NCBI RefSeq assembly: GCF_048403405.1
Contig: NZ_CP183131.1
Reading direction: 5' to 3' (one strand)
DNA length: 64,000 nucleotides
Origin: Escherichia coli
GTDB taxonomy: Bacteria > Pseudomonadota > Gammaproteobacteria > Enterobacterales > Enterobacteriaceae
Each line of letters opens with the position of its first letter. Position 1 is the first letter of the stretch. Positions 1-11,613 of this stretch are shown piece after piece. The notes beneath the pieces are model-generated. The model had not been told where the DNA came from. It saw nothing but the letters and a program-made list of their open reading frames with translations, and searched no databases. A program made the translations under genes and the position numbers.

Positions 1-85
1 ATGCGCCTGGTAAGCAGAGTTTTTGAAATGTAAGGCCTTTGAATAAGACAAAAGGCTGCCTCATCGCTAACTTTGCAACAGTGCC
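1..85 (+). mobile_element. IS26: IS26, 3'-terminal 85 bp (partial, continues beyond window start)
   Basis: Bases 1-33 encode the Tnp26 C-terminus (MRLVSRVFEM, stop); terminal IR tttgcaacagtgcc ends at 85; same 52-bp stop-to-end spacing as the complete copies. Confidence 0.93.
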
Positions 86-1845
<1,760 letters not shown>

Positions 1846-1886
1846 AAAAGTGGGCGCTTAGCGCCCGCTTTTCTTCAGGAGTAATC

Positions 1887-2882
1887 ATGACTGATGCAGC
1901 TTTCTATCAACTTGGCCCACTGCGCGAGTATTTAGAAGATCCTACTGTTTTTGAAATTCGCATTAACTGCTTTCAGGAAGTTATCTGTGATACGTTCAGC
2001 GGCCGCAGGGTTGTGCAGAACGCGGCAATTACGGCAGATTTTATTAGGAACCTTGCTAAATCGTTGGTGAGCAGCAACAAGCTGACCATGCAGGCCATTA
2101 ATGACGTGATCCTGCCTGGCGGGATCAGGGGCGTTATCTGTCTGCCCCCTGCGGTGATTGACGGTACAACGGCCGTAGCGTTTCGTAAGGATTTGGCGGC
2201 CGATAAAAATCTGGAGCAGCTGACCAGCGAGGGGATTTTCAGTGACTGCCGGAAGATTACCGGCAGCAAGCAAAGCCTAACGGATGATGATTTTTTCCTT
2301 AAAGAGCTGCACAGCAGCGAAAAATGGCCCGCATTCCTGCAAACCGCCGTTGAGAAGAAACGCACTATCGTGATCTGCGGTGAAACCGGGTCGGGGAAAA
2401 CGGTACTCACGCGCGCGCTGTTAAAATCGCTACATAAAGACGAGCGTGTAATTATTTTAGAGGACGTTCACGAAGTCACGGTCGATCACGTTGTAGAAGC
2501 CGTTTATATGATGTACGGCGATGCAGGAAAGATCGGCCGCGTCAGCGCCACTGATGCCCTGCGAGCCTGTATGCGTCTGACACCGGGCCGTATCATCATG
2601 ACTGAGCTTAGGGATGATGCTGCGTGGGATTATCTTAAAGCACTTAATACCGGCCATCCAGGCGGTGTTATGTCAACGCACGCTAACTCTGCGCGCGATG
2701 CCTTTAACCGTATTGGGCTGCTTATCAAAGCGACCCCTATCGGCCGTATGCTCGATATGAGCGATATTATGCGAATGCTCTACTCCACCATTGACGTTGT
2801 GGTGCATATGGAAAAGCGGAAAATCAAAGAAATTTATTTTGACCCTGAATATAAAATGCAGTGTGTGAACGGGAGCCTGTAA
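1887..2882 (+). CDS. traG: T4SS VirB11-like ATPase (IncN/pKM101-type TraG)
   Basis: 331 aa; Walker A GETGSGKT and conserved VirB11 C-terminal region; sits at the end of the VirB8-11 order. Confidence 0.85.
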   Translation: MTDAAFYQLGPLREYLEDPTVFEIRINCFQEVICDTFSGRRVVQNAAITADFIRNLAKSLVSSNKLTMQAINDVILPGGIRGVICLPPAVIDGTTAVAFRKDLAADKNLEQLTSEGIFSDCRKITGSKQSLTDDDFFLKELHSSEKWPAFLQTAVEKKRTIVICGETGSGKTVLTRALLKSLHKDERVIILEDVHEVTVDHVVEAVYMMYGDAGKIGRVSATDALRACMRLTPGRIIMTELRDDAAWDYLKALNTGHPGGVMSTHANSARDAFNRIGLLIKATPIGRMLDMSDIMRMLYSTIDVVVHMEKRKIKEIYFDPEYKMQCVNGSL

Positions 2883-3415
2883 TGAAAAACTTAGCAACCT
2901 GGCTTCTGGCCGCAGCATTTACGACAGCCGCCCTGCCCGCCTTTGCGGTGGAACCATCCGTTCAGGTTGGCTACTCGCCTGAAGGAAGCGCCCGCGTTCT
3001 CGTCCTGAGCGCCATTGACTCCGCAAAAACCTCGATACGGATGATGGCTTATTCTTTTACCGCCCCGGATATTATGAAGGCACTGGTAGCAGCCAAAAAA
3101 CGGGGAGTTGATGTGAAAATCGTAATTGATGAAAGGGGCAATACGGGGCGCGCCAGCATTGCGGCCATGAACTACATAGCGAACAGCGGCATCCCTTTGC
3201 GTACTGACAGTGATTTCCCTATCCAGCATGACAAGGTGATCATCGTGGATAATGTGACCGTTGAAACTGGCAGCTTTAATTTCACCAAAGCGGCCGAAAC
3301 GAAAAACTCGGAGAATGCGGTGGTGATCTGGAACATGCCTAAGCTCGCTGAATCATTCCTCGAACACTGGCAAGACCGCTGGAATCGGGGGAGAGACTAC
3401 CGTTCCAGCTACTGA
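2882..3415 (+). CDS. nuc: Nuc, periplasmic phospholipase-D-family endonuclease (pKM101 Nuc-like)
   Basis: Signal peptide MKNLATWLLAAAFTTAALPAFA; HxK-type motif region (IQHDKVIIVD); matches pKM101 Nuc from memory; start taken at internal ATG 2882 rather than ORF-track 2861. Confidence 0.85.
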   Translation: MKNLATWLLAAAFTTAALPAFAVEPSVQVGYSPEGSARVLVLSAIDSAKTSIRMMAYSFTAPDIMKALVAAKKRGVDVKIVIDERGNTGRASIAAMNYIANSGIPLRTDSDFPIQHDKVIIVDNVTVETGSFNFTKAAETKNSENAVVIWNMPKLAESFLEHWQDRWNRGRDYRSSY

Positions 3416-3421
3416 ATACTG

Positions 3422-3445
3422 ACCGCCGAAAGGCGGTTTTTTTTG
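3422..3445 (+). terminator. Rho-independent terminator after nuc
   Basis: GC stem ccgccgaaaggcgg followed by a T8 run, immediately after the nuc stop. Confidence 0.6.
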
Positions 3446-3588
3446 TTCAAAGAAACTGATCTCAGTATCGCGCACGGGGCAGCTGGCCAACGTCGCCGGC
3501 ATCGCGCCGGCAAAAATCGAAAAACAGAAATATCAGCAAGATAGCTTAAACAGGTGTCGGGAAATTTCGTTGAGATATTTTGAAGGAA

Positions 3589-3894
3589 TCACAGTGTAAG
3601 CAGGCGGCCTATTTCAAAAAAGGCGGCTGTACGGTAGTCACTGACTCTCTCGCAGATCTTCCCGCTCATGTACCAGTAATACCCGTCAGTGCTGACAATA
3701 TCGAGCAAATACCGCATATCATAAACCGTATCGGGTATTACCTCACCCTCACCGGCCAGAACGCCGCTGGCAATAGAATGGTTCCCTCCTCGTACAAAGC
3801 CTATCCGCCAGGGCAACCACAAAGTAACGCGGTGGTTAATATCCTGTACCCACGGATTGCCCTTAGCGCTGCCTATATGGGGTCTGAGGTCCAA
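3589..3894 (-). CDS. Hypothetical protein (coding strand uncertain; an overlapping plus-strand ORF exists at 3580-3915)
   Basis: ORF only; no family recognised. Confidence 0.2.
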   Translation of the reverse strand: MDLRPHIGSAKGNPWVQDINHRVTLWLPWRIGFVRGGNHSIASGVLAGEGEVIPDTVYDMRYLLDIVSTDGYYWYMSGKICERVSDYRTAAFFEIGRLLTL

Positions 3895-4142
3895 CCATGC
3901 GAAAAACCACGTTAAGAAAGCAACCTTCTGAAAAGGCGACGTTTATCAGTTTTTTTTCCGGCCATAAAGGGGGCGGAAATTATTCCCTGCACGGGTATTC
4001 GCAAGGATTTCGGTAGTGCTCTGGCTCTGCCCCCCATAACCTGGCGGACAGAGCATGATTGGGAAAGCGGTACCCTCACGGCAGAAACGATTGACGCAGG
4101 CTATATTTCTATTATTCTGGAAATATAGATAAAGGAGGTATT

Positions 4143-4323
4143 ATGGATTTAAACACTGCTGCAAACGCACTTCGAGAACTGGGCCACCCGACACGTCTCA
4201 GCATATACCGGGAGCTGGTCAGGGCGGGTCATGAAGGCCTGCCGGTTGGCGAACTGCAGAAGCACCTTGAGATTCCTGCCTCCACGCTCAGCCATCATCT
4301 TTCAGCGCTGATATCCGCTGGAC
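4143..4323 (+). pseudogene. ArsR-family HTH regulator, 3'-truncated by IS26
   Basis: N-terminal winged-helix motif (HPTRLSIYRELV…LPVGEL…STLSHHLSAL); ORF runs into the IS26 left IR at 4324. Confidence 0.7.
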
Positions 4324-5143
4324 GGCACTGTTGCAAATAGTCGGTGGTGATAAACTTATCATCCCCTTTTGCTGATGGAGCTGCACATGAACCCATTCAA
4401 AGGCCGGCATTTTCAGCGTGACATCATTCTGTGGGCCGTACGCTGGTACTGCAAATACGGCATCAGTTACCGTGAGCTGCAGGAGATGCTGGCTGAACGC
4501 GGAGTGAATGTCGATCACTCCACGATTTACCGCTGGGTTCAGCGTTATGCGCCTGAAATGGAAAAACGGCTGCGCTGGTACTGGCGTAACCCTTCCGATC
4601 TTTGCCCGTGGCACATGGATGAAACCTACGTGAAGGTCAATGGCCGCTGGGCGTATCTGTACCGGGCCGTCGACAGCCGGGGCCGCACTGTCGATTTTTA
4701 TCTCTCCTCCCGTCGTAACAGCAAAGCTGCATACCGGTTTCTGGGTAAAATCCTCAACAACGTGAAGAAGTGGCAGATCCCGCGATTCATCAACACGGAT
4801 AAAGCGCCCGCCTATGGTCGCGCGCTTGCTCTGCTCAAACGCGAAGGCCGGTGCCCGTCTGACGTTGAACACCGACAGATTAAGTACCGGAACAACGTGA
4901 TTGAATGCGATCATGGCAAACTGAAACGGATAATCGGCGCCACGCTGGGATTTAAATCCATGAAGACGGCTTACGCCACCATCAAAGGTATTGAGGTGAT
5001 GCGTGCACTACGCAAAGGCCAGGCCTCAGCATTTTATTATGGTGATCCCCTGGGCGAAATGCGCCTGGTAAGCAGAGTTTTTGAAATGTAAGGCCTTTGA
5101 ATAAGACAAAAGGCTGCCTCATCGCTAACTTTGCAACAGTGCC
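4324..5143 (+). mobile_element. IS26: IS26, complete 820 bp (tnp26 4387-5091)
   Basis: 14-bp terminal IRs ggcactgttgcaaa / tttgcaacagtgcc; 234-aa Tnp26 ([18 protein letters not shown]…); different 8-bp flanks, so no TSD. Confidence 0.97.
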
Positions 5144-5377
5144 GTCAAACGCCTCATTGAGCACCGGCAGTAATCCCTCACCTTCATGGGTCAGCACCAG
5201 CCCGCGCGAGACGCGGGTAAACAGCACACAGCCGAGTTGTTCTTCCAGCGCCCTGACCTGCTGGCTGACGGCGGCATGGGTGACATTCAGCTCAATCGCC
5301 GCGCGGGTAAAACTGAGATGACGGGCGGCGGCCTCAAAGGCGCGCAGCGGGTTAAGGGGGAGATAACGTCTGACCAT
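5144..5377 (-). pseudogene. ampR: ampR (LysR-type regulator) 5' remnant, truncated by IS26
   Basis: LysR HTH N-terminus (MVRRYLPLNPLRAFEAAARHLSFTRAA…) fused into IS26 sequence after about 78 codons; downstream of qnrA1 as in ISCR1-qnrA1 modules. Confidence 0.8.
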
Positions 5378-5562
5378 AATCCACCTGTAAGTTTTTCTTT
5401 AGGGCAGTTGAGTCTTCATAATGCCTCCTTTGAAGGGAAGGTATAACGTCGGCTGCGGCAGCAGAGAAACGGCATTCCGGCGGTAATACTCTGCTATAGC
5501 AGAATCTGCCTTGTTGTAGCGCGGAACTCAAGTGATATTTGCCTCTTGTGTTTGCATTCGAG

Positions 5563-6219
5563 CTAATCCGGCAGCACTATTACTCCCAAGGGTTCCAGCA
5601 GTTGCTCCTGTTGCCAGGCACAGATCTTGACTCCTTCGAGGTTGACCCGTCTGGGGTCGAGCCCATCCAGATCGGCAAAGGTCAGGTCACAGCCCCGCAG
5701 ATTGACCTGTTGCCAACAGTCGCGGGAGAAGGTGCCGCGGCTGAGATCTGAGCCCATCAAGGAAGCGCCGCTGAGATTGGCATTGCTCCAGTTGTTTTCA
5801 AACAGCTCGCATTTTTCCAGGCATTGGCCACTCAAGTTGGTATAGGCCAGGTTGCAACCTGAGATATAAGCCGAGCAGAAGTACATCTTATGGCTGACTT
5901 GATTGTAGAAGCGGGCCCGGGAAAAGTTGGCGCCCTTGAGATCGCACTCCCTGAACTCTATGCCAAAGCAGTTGGCACCGCTGAAGTTGGCCAAAGACAG
6001 ACGGCAGGCCTTGAAACTGGCATCGCGCAGATCGGCATAGCTGAAGTGACACCCTTCAACGGCGCCGCTTTCAATGAAACTGCAATCCTCGAAACTGGCA
6101 TCCTGCAGCTGACAGTGGCTGAAGTCACACTGATAAAAGCGGCAGCGGCGAAAACGGCTGTCACTCAAATCCTGGCGTGAGAAATCCTCTTGCTGAAAAA
6201 CTTTATCAATAATATCCAT
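5563..6219 (-). CDS. qnrA1: Quinolone-resistance pentapeptide-repeat protein QnrA1
   Basis: 218 aa, MDIIDKVFQQEDFSRQDLSDSRFRRCRFYQCDFSHCQLQDASF…, pentapeptide repeats throughout; adjacent to ISCR1. Confidence 0.88.
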   Translation of the reverse strand: MDIIDKVFQQEDFSRQDLSDSRFRRCRFYQCDFSHCQLQDASFEDCSFIESGAVEGCHFSYADLRDASFKACRLSLANFSGANCFGIEFRECDLKGANFSRARFYNQVSHKMYFCSAYISGCNLAYTNLSGQCLEKCELFENNWSNANLSGASLMGSDLSRGTFSRDCWQQVNLRGCDLTFADLDGLDPRRVNLEGVKICAWQQEQLLEPLGVIVLPD

Positions 6220-6270
6220 ACGGCTTCCTTTAATCAGGGAGGGTGCTAACGGGTATAGGAAGTATAAACC

Positions 6271-8424
6271 ACCTTTTTGCTCCTCATCCGAAGTATCTTA
6301 CCTGAAATTCCCTCACTCGTTTACCGCTCAAGCCCCAATTTTAACTGCCGGTCCAGCCTAAACCGCTCTAATAAGGTTCGATTTGGCGGTAAAATCTCTA
6401 GCCTGATAGCTCGAGAGATACAAACTGCCCCACCGCCCCGTTTAAAAGTTGGCAGTGTTGAGCAGTGTTGGATTTGGGGTCGTCAGTCAAAGAGACGACT
6501 CTGTGATGGATCGAACAGGCTGGGAGTCAGTGGCGGCGCTCGTTCTGGTGGCAGCTCACGCTGCTTGGCGGCATTCGCCTTGGCTGTTTTCTGTTTCAGA
6601 TGCTTGAGAATCTGCTCAATGACCTTCGGATCTTCGATGCTGGCAATCACTTTGACGTGACCGCCGCAGTGTTCGCAGACTTCAATATCAATATTGAAGA
6701 CTCGCTTGAGGCGTTGCATCCAGGTCATGGCGCGGTGGCGCTCTGCAGGACTCTTGTCACGCCAGTTAGTATCGAGACCTTCCGATTTGTCGGGCTTCTT
6801 GCCCCGCTTGGCGGGTGTTACTTGAACTCGGTGTTTGCTGTTCGGTGCAAAGACGCCGTGGAAGCGTGTGAGGTTGACTCGCGGCTTAGGTACCAACGCA
6901 GCGAGTTTGGCGATGAAGTCCAGCGGCTCGAAGATCACATGGGTGGTGCCATTGCGGTACGGAGTTTTGAGCTCGTAACGCACCTGCCCATTGGCGGTTA
7001 ATGCCAGACGTTTTTCTGAAACCGCTGGCCGACTAATGTAGCGACACAAGCGCTCAAGCTTATCCCGCTGATGCGCTTCGGCCATCACACCGGCGTGTAG
7101 CGAGAAACCAGCATGGTTGGCTACTCGACTGCTTGAGTCGGCTTTATCCTCACGCCCTGGCAAGGTTTGCAGGGTGAAGACTTTGCGCCCTTGCTGGGGG
7201 CCGACGGCAATGCGATACGTAACCGAAGCACCATGTAATTGAGTCAGCGTATCGTCTTCGCCCTCTTCCAGTGTCAACCACGTATTCTCGGCATCACGCT
7301 CCAAAATCCCACGCTTTTCCATGCAGCGAGCGATGCGATGGCTGAGGGTGTGAGCGAGCGTATTCAGCTCATCGTAAGTGGGTGCCTTGACACGATGGAA
7401 GCGTTGCTTGCCATAGTCATCTTCGGCATAGACACCATCGAGAAACAGCATGTGGTAGTGGACATTGAGATTTAGCGCGGAGCCAAAGCGTTGGATAAGA
7501 GTCACTGAGCCAGTTTGTGCAGAGGCTTTGGTGTAACCGGCTTTTTTGATCAGATGAGTTGAGAGTGTACGATAGACGATACTCAAGACCTGGCCCATCA
7601 GCTGGGGATGGCGAGCCAGCAAAAAGCGTAGCTGGAAAGGAAAGCTGAGCACCCACTGGCGAATGGGCTCCTTGGGGAAGACTTCGTCTATCAGCAGCGC
7701 CGCACTCTCGGCCATCCGGCGGGCACCGCAGCTAGGGCAAAAGCCGCGTCGTTTACAGCTGAAGGCGACCAGACGCTCGTGATGACAATCCTCGCAGCGA
7801 ACCCGCATGAAACCATACTCCAGACGGCCACATTGGAGGAGGTCGTTGAATTCTTGTTGGATGTAGCGAGGCAGGTGTTGACCTTGGGCTTCGAGTGAGG
7901 CTTTGAAGGCTGGGTAGTGCTGCTCAACCAGCTGGTAGAGCAGCGTCTGGTCGGGTTGGTGGCGTTCGTAACCGTTTGTTTGAGTGGGCGATTGACTCGC
8001 CGTGGCGTTCCTTGCCAGCGACATGGGTATCCTCCGCTGATACTGTGGTTATGTACAGTATCAGCGGCTTGCGTTCAGACGTCCAGTCTGGCCCTAGACA
8101 TCGCTAAATGCTTAACCCGCAATAGCCCTCACGAGTTGTTATCAGCCACTACCGGTTGAGCGAGAAGGTTTTGGGTTCAGGGTGCTATTGCTCCACCAAT
8201 CACAATACTGAAGCCCCAACTGTTATCAGTTGGGGCTTTTTCTTGTCTGTTTGCGGCGGTTGCGTTTTATCGGTAGTCGTCGAGCTCTGCACCATCCCAC
8301 ATAAGAGCTTAACGGTGCGATCTTCAACGCCATCACACAAAACTTTCTTTTTCACGCACAGTCAACTTATTGGATGTTTTATTAACAACCCAAAAGGAGA
8401 TATTTAGCGGGCGGCCGGAAGGTG
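6271..8424 (-). mobile_element. ISCR1: ISCR1 (boundaries approximate)
   Basis: Contains orf513; located directly after sul1 and before qnrA1 as in complex class 1 integrons; ends not verified at nucleotide level. Confidence 0.65.
6483..8024 (-). CDS. orf513: ISCR1 rolling-circle transposase (Orf513)
   Basis: 513 aa, MSLARNATASQSPTQTNGYERHQPDQTLLYQLVEQHY…; IS91-like HUH transposase features. Confidence 0.9.
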   Translation of the reverse strand: MSLARNATASQSPTQTNGYERHQPDQTLLYQLVEQHYPAFKASLEAQGQHLPRYIQQEFNDLLQCGRLEYGFMRVRCEDCHHERLVAFSCKRRGFCPSCGARRMAESAALLIDEVFPKEPIRQWVLSFPFQLRFLLARHPQLMGQVLSIVYRTLSTHLIKKAGYTKASAQTGSVTLIQRFGSALNLNVHYHMLFLDGVYAEDDYGKQRFHRVKAPTYDELNTLAHTLSHRIARCMEKRGILERDAENTWLTLEEGEDDTLTQLHGASVTYRIAVGPQQGRKVFTLQTLPGREDKADSSSRVANHAGFSLHAGVMAEAHQRDKLERLCRYISRPAVSEKRLALTANGQVRYELKTPYRNGTTHVIFEPLDFIAKLAALVPKPRVNLTRFHGVFAPNSKHRVQVTPAKRGKKPDKSEGLDTNWRDKSPAERHRAMTWMQRLKRVFNIDIEVCEHCGGHVKVIASIEDPKVIEQILKHLKQKTAKANAAKQRELPPERAPPLTPSLFDPSQSRLFD

Positions 8425-8428
8425 AATG

Positions 8429-9268
8429 CTAGGCATGATCTAACCCTCGGTCTCTGGCGTCGCGACTGCGAAATTTCGCGAGGGTTTCCGAGAAGGTGAT
8501 TGCGCTTCGCAGATCTCCAGGCGCGTGGGTGCGGACGTAGTCAGCGCCATTGCCGATCGCGTGAAGTTCCGCCGCAAGGCTCGCTGGACCCAGATCCTTT
8601 ACAGGAAGGCCAACGGTGGCGCCCAAGAAGGATTTCCGCGACACCGAGACCAATAGCGGAAGCCCCAACGCCGACTTCAGCTTTTGAAGGTTCGACAGCA
8701 CGTGCAGCGATGTTTCCGGTGCGGGGCTCAAGAAAAATCCCATCCCCGGATCGAGGATGAGCCGGTCGGCAGCGACCCCGCTCCGTCGCAAGGCGGAAAC
8801 CCGCGCCTCGAAGAACCGCACAATCTCGTCGAGCGCGTCTTCGGGTCGAAGGTGACCGGTGCGGGTGGCGATGCCATCCCGCTGCGCTGAGTGCATAACC
8901 ACCAGCCTGCAGTCCGCCTCAGCAATATCGGGATAGAGCGCAGGGTCAGGAAATCCTTGGATATCGTTCAGGTAGCCCACGCCGCGCTTGAGCGCATAGC
9001 GCTGGGTTTCCGGTTGGAAGCTGTCGATTGAAACACGGTGCATCTGATCGGACAGGGCGTCTAAGAGCGGCGCAATACGTCTGATCTCATCGGCCGGCGA
9101 TACAGGCCTCGCGTCCGGATGGCTGGCGGCCGGTCCGACATCCACGACGTCTGATCCGACTCGCAGCATTTCGATCGCCGCGGTGACAGCGCCGGCGGGG
9201 TCTAGCCGCCGGCTCTCATCGAAGAAGGAGTCCTCGGTGAGATTCAGAATGCCGAACACCGTCACCAT
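8429..9268 (-). CDS. sul1: Sulfonamide-resistant dihydropteroate synthase Sul1
   Basis: 279 aa from [21 protein letters not shown]…; overlaps the qacEdelta1 stop (atggtgac); ORF-track N-terminal extension rejected. Confidence 0.92.
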   Translation of the reverse strand: MVTVFGILNLTEDSFFDESRRLDPAGAVTAAIEMLRVGSDVVDVGPAASHPDARPVSPADEIRRIAPLLDALSDQMHRVSIDSFQPETQRYALKRGVGYLNDIQGFPDPALYPDIAEADCRLVVMHSAQRDGIATRTGHLRPEDALDEIVRFFEARVSALRRSGVAADRLILDPGMGFFLSPAPETSLHVLSNLQKLKSALGLPLLVSVSRKSFLGATVGLPVKDLGPASLAAELHAIGNGADYVRTHAPGDLRSAITFSETLAKFRSRDARDRGLDHA

Positions 9269-9609
9269 GGCGTCGGCCTCCGCAGCGACTTCCACGATGG
9301 GGATCGGGCGAGCAAAAAGGCAGCAATTATGAGCCCCATACCTACAAAGCCCCACGCATCAAGCTTTTGCCCATGAAGCAACCAGGCAATGGCTGTAATT
9401 ATGACGACGCCGAGTCCCGACCAGACTGCATAAGCAACACCGACAGGGATGGATTTCAGAACCAGAGAAAGAAAATAAAATGCGATGCCATAACCGATTA
9501 TGACAACGGCGGAAGGGGCAAGCTTAGTAAAGCCCTCGCTAGATTTTAATGCGGATGTTGCGATTACTTCGCCAACTATTGCGATAACAAGAAAAAGCCA
9601 GCCTTTCAT
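9262..9609 (-). CDS. qacEdelta1: QacEdelta1, truncated SMR efflux protein of the class 1 integron 3'-CS
   Basis: 115 aa, [27 protein letters not shown]…. Confidence 0.92.
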   Translation of the reverse strand: MKGWLFLVIAIVGEVIATSALKSSEGFTKLAPSAVVIIGYGIAFYFLSLVLKSIPVGVAYAVWSGLGVVIITAIAWLLHGQKLDAWGFVGMGLIIAAFLLARSPSWKSLRRPTPW

Positions 9610-9707
9610 GATATATCTCCCAATTTGTGTAGGGCTTATTATGCACGCTTAAAAATAATAAAAGCAGACTTGACCTGATAGTTTGGCTGTGAGCAATTAT
9701 GTGCTTA

Positions 9708-9772
9708 GTGCATCTAACGCCGGAGTTAAGCCGCCGCGCGTAGCGCGGTCGGCTTGAACGAATTGTTAGACA
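9708..9772 (-). other. attC (59-be) of the aadA2 cassette
   Basis: Imperfect inverted repeat catctaacgccggagttaagccgccgcgcgtagcgcggtcggcttgaacgaattgttagac between aadA2 and qacEdelta1. Confidence 0.6.
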
Positions 9773-10564
9773 TCATTTACCAACTGACTTGATGATCTCG
9801 CCTTTCACAAAGCGAATAAATTCTTCCAAGTGATCTGCGCGTGAGGCCAAGTGATCTTCTTTTTGTCCCAGATAAGCTTGCTTAGCTTCAAGTAAGACGG
9901 GCTGATACTGGGCAGGTAGGCGTTTTATTGCCCAGTCGGCAGCGACATCCTTCGGCGCGATTTTGCCGGTTATTGCGCTGTACCAAATGCGGGACAACGT
10001 AAGCACTACATTTCGCTCATCGCCGGCCCAGTCGGGCTGCGAGTTCCATAGCTTCAAGGTTTCCCTCAGCGCCTCGAATAGATCCTGTTCAGGAACCGGG
10101 TCAAAGAATTCCTCCGCTGCCGGACCTACCAAGGCAACGCTATGTTCTCTTGCTTTTGTAAGCAGGATAGCTAGATCAATGTCGATCATGGCTGGCTCGA
10201 AGATACCCGCAAGAATGTCATTGCGCTGCCATTCTCCAAATTGCAGCTCGCGCTTAGCCGGATAACGCCACGGGATGATGTCGTCATGCACGACAAGGGT
10301 GACTTCTATAGCGCGGAGCGTCTCGCTCTCGCCAGGGAAAGCCGAAGCCTCCATAAGATCATTGAGCAATGCTCGCCGCGTCGTTTCATCAAGCTTTACG
10401 GCCACAGTAACCAACAAATCAATATCGCTGTATGGCTTCAGGCCGCCATCCACTGCGGAGCCGTACAAATGCACGGCCAGCAACGTTGATTCCAGATGGC
10501 GCTCAATGACGCTTAGCACCTCTGATAGTTGGTTCGAAATTTCGATGGTCACCGCTTCCCTCAT
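9773..10564 (-). CDS. aadA2: Aminoglycoside (3'')(9) adenylyltransferase AadA2
   Basis: 263 aa, MREAVTIEISNQLSEVLSVIERHLESTLLAVHLYGSAVDGGLKPYSDIDLL…. Confidence 0.88.
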   Translation of the reverse strand: MREAVTIEISNQLSEVLSVIERHLESTLLAVHLYGSAVDGGLKPYSDIDLLVTVAVKLDETTRRALLNDLMEASAFPGESETLRAIEVTLVVHDDIIPWRYPAKRELQFGEWQRNDILAGIFEPAMIDIDLAILLTKAREHSVALVGPAAEEFFDPVPEQDLFEALRETLKLWNSQPDWAGDERNVVLTLSRIWYSAITGKIAPKDVAADWAIKRLPAQYQPVLLEAKQAYLGQKEDHLASRADHLEEFIRFVKGEIIKSVGK

Positions 10565-10569
10565 GATGT

Positions 10570-10860
10570 CTAACGGGCGAGGTAAGCCGACCGCAGAATG
10601 CGGGTCGGCTTGACCGAAATGTTAGAACCAGAAGCCAAAACGGATAACTTGAATTTGGCGACGGGCGCTAACCGTGAAAAAACGCTGCGCCACCGAGGCG
10701 GCACAGCACTGCAAAAACGATAGCTGCTTGCGCTTGCTACGCAAGGGCTAGAGGCCAAAAAGACTGAAAACCTGCGCAGCCCATGCAGGCGAAGCCCGGA
10801 AAAAAGGCAAAACAGGCACTGAATAACGCCTGAAAAGCTAAATGCCGTTTGAATAAACAT
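10570..10860 (-). CDS. gcuF: Gene cassette of unknown function (gcuF / orfF)
   Basis: 96-aa ORF between dfrA12 and aadA2; the dfrA12-gcuF-aadA2 array is well established; attC-like repeat at 10567-10627. Confidence 0.65.
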   Translation of the reverse strand: MFIQTAFSFSGVIQCLFCLFSGLRLHGLRRFSVFLASSPCVASASSYRFCSAVPPRWRSVFSRLAPVAKFKLSVLASGSNISVKPTRILRSAYLAR

Positions 10861-10971
10861 GAGCTAAATAAAGCTGGGTTTCAGTGGTGCTAACGTTGGA
10901 CGTAACGAGAGCCGGAGCGCAGCGGAGGGAACCAAAATGCGCAGCATTTTGGCGTCCCGTTGACGGAATGG

Positions 10972-11469
10972 TTAGCCGTTTCGACGCGCATAAACGGAGT
11001 GGGTGTACGGAATTACAGCTTGAATGGTTTCGGTTGAGACAAGCTCGAATTCTGTTTCGTTGAGCATTGGGAAGAAGGCGTCACCCTCGAAGGTTTGATG
11101 TACCTCAGATAGAAACACGCCGTGGGCGTGAGGTAGTGCCAGAGTGTATATCTCAGCTCCGCCCGCGACGTAGAGTTCATTGCCGAGTTCGGATGCCAAA
11201 GCGATAGCGTGCGACAGCGTTGAAACAACTACGCAGCCAGTGGCGCGGTAGTTAGCTTGGCGTGAGATTACCAATGTGTGACGGTTCGGTAGAGGCTTGC
11301 CGATAGACTCAAAGGTCTTTCGCCCCATGACAACGACTTTTCCCTCAGTGAGTCTGCGAAAAATCTTCTGCTCACCCGGAATTTTCCAGGGGATATTAGG
11401 ACCATTGCCAATAACCCGATTGGCTCCCATCGCAGCAACGAGATAAATGCGTACTGATTCCGAGTTCAT
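10972..11469 (-). CDS. dfrA12: Trimethoprim-resistant dihydrofolate reductase DfrA12
   Basis: 165 aa, MNSESVRIYLVAAMGANRVIGNGPNIPWKIPGEQKIFRRLTEGKVVVMGRKTFESIG…. Confidence 0.87.
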   Translation of the reverse strand: MNSESVRIYLVAAMGANRVIGNGPNIPWKIPGEQKIFRRLTEGKVVVMGRKTFESIGKPLPNRHTLVISRQANYRATGCVVVSTLSHAIALASELGNELYVAGGAEIYTLALPHAHGVFLSEVHQTFEGDAFFPMLNETEFELVSTETIQAVIPYTHSVYARRNG

Positions 11470-11540
11470 ATGGCTAACTTTGTTTTAGGGCGACTGCCCT
11501 GCTGCGTAACATCGTTGCTGCTCCATAACATCAAACATCG
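11470..11540 (-). other. attI1 integration site
   Basis: Canonical attI1 sequence (reverse complement …gccctaaaacaaagttagcc) abutting the first cassette. Confidence 0.7.
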
Positions 11541-11613
11541 ACCCACGGCGTAACGCGCTTGCTGCTTGGATGCCCGAGGCATAGACTGTACAAAAAAACA
11601 GTCATAACAAGCC

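Noticed and set aside
3580-3915. Overlapping ORFs on both strands downstream of nuc
   Set aside because: Neither has a recognisable domain or convincing start signal; only one low-confidence hypothetical was kept.
4288-4914. Long antisense ORFs inside every IS26 copy (4288-4914, 13079-13756, 55962-56750, 59817-60419, 63134-63985)
   Set aside because: They are the opposite strand of tnp26, recur identically in each copy and extend into flanking DNA by read-through. Useful only for spotting SNPs between copies.
8429-9355. 308-aa ORF-track version of sul1
   Set aside because: The extension upstream of the canonical Met (9268) overlaps qacEdelta1; the 279-aa form was used.
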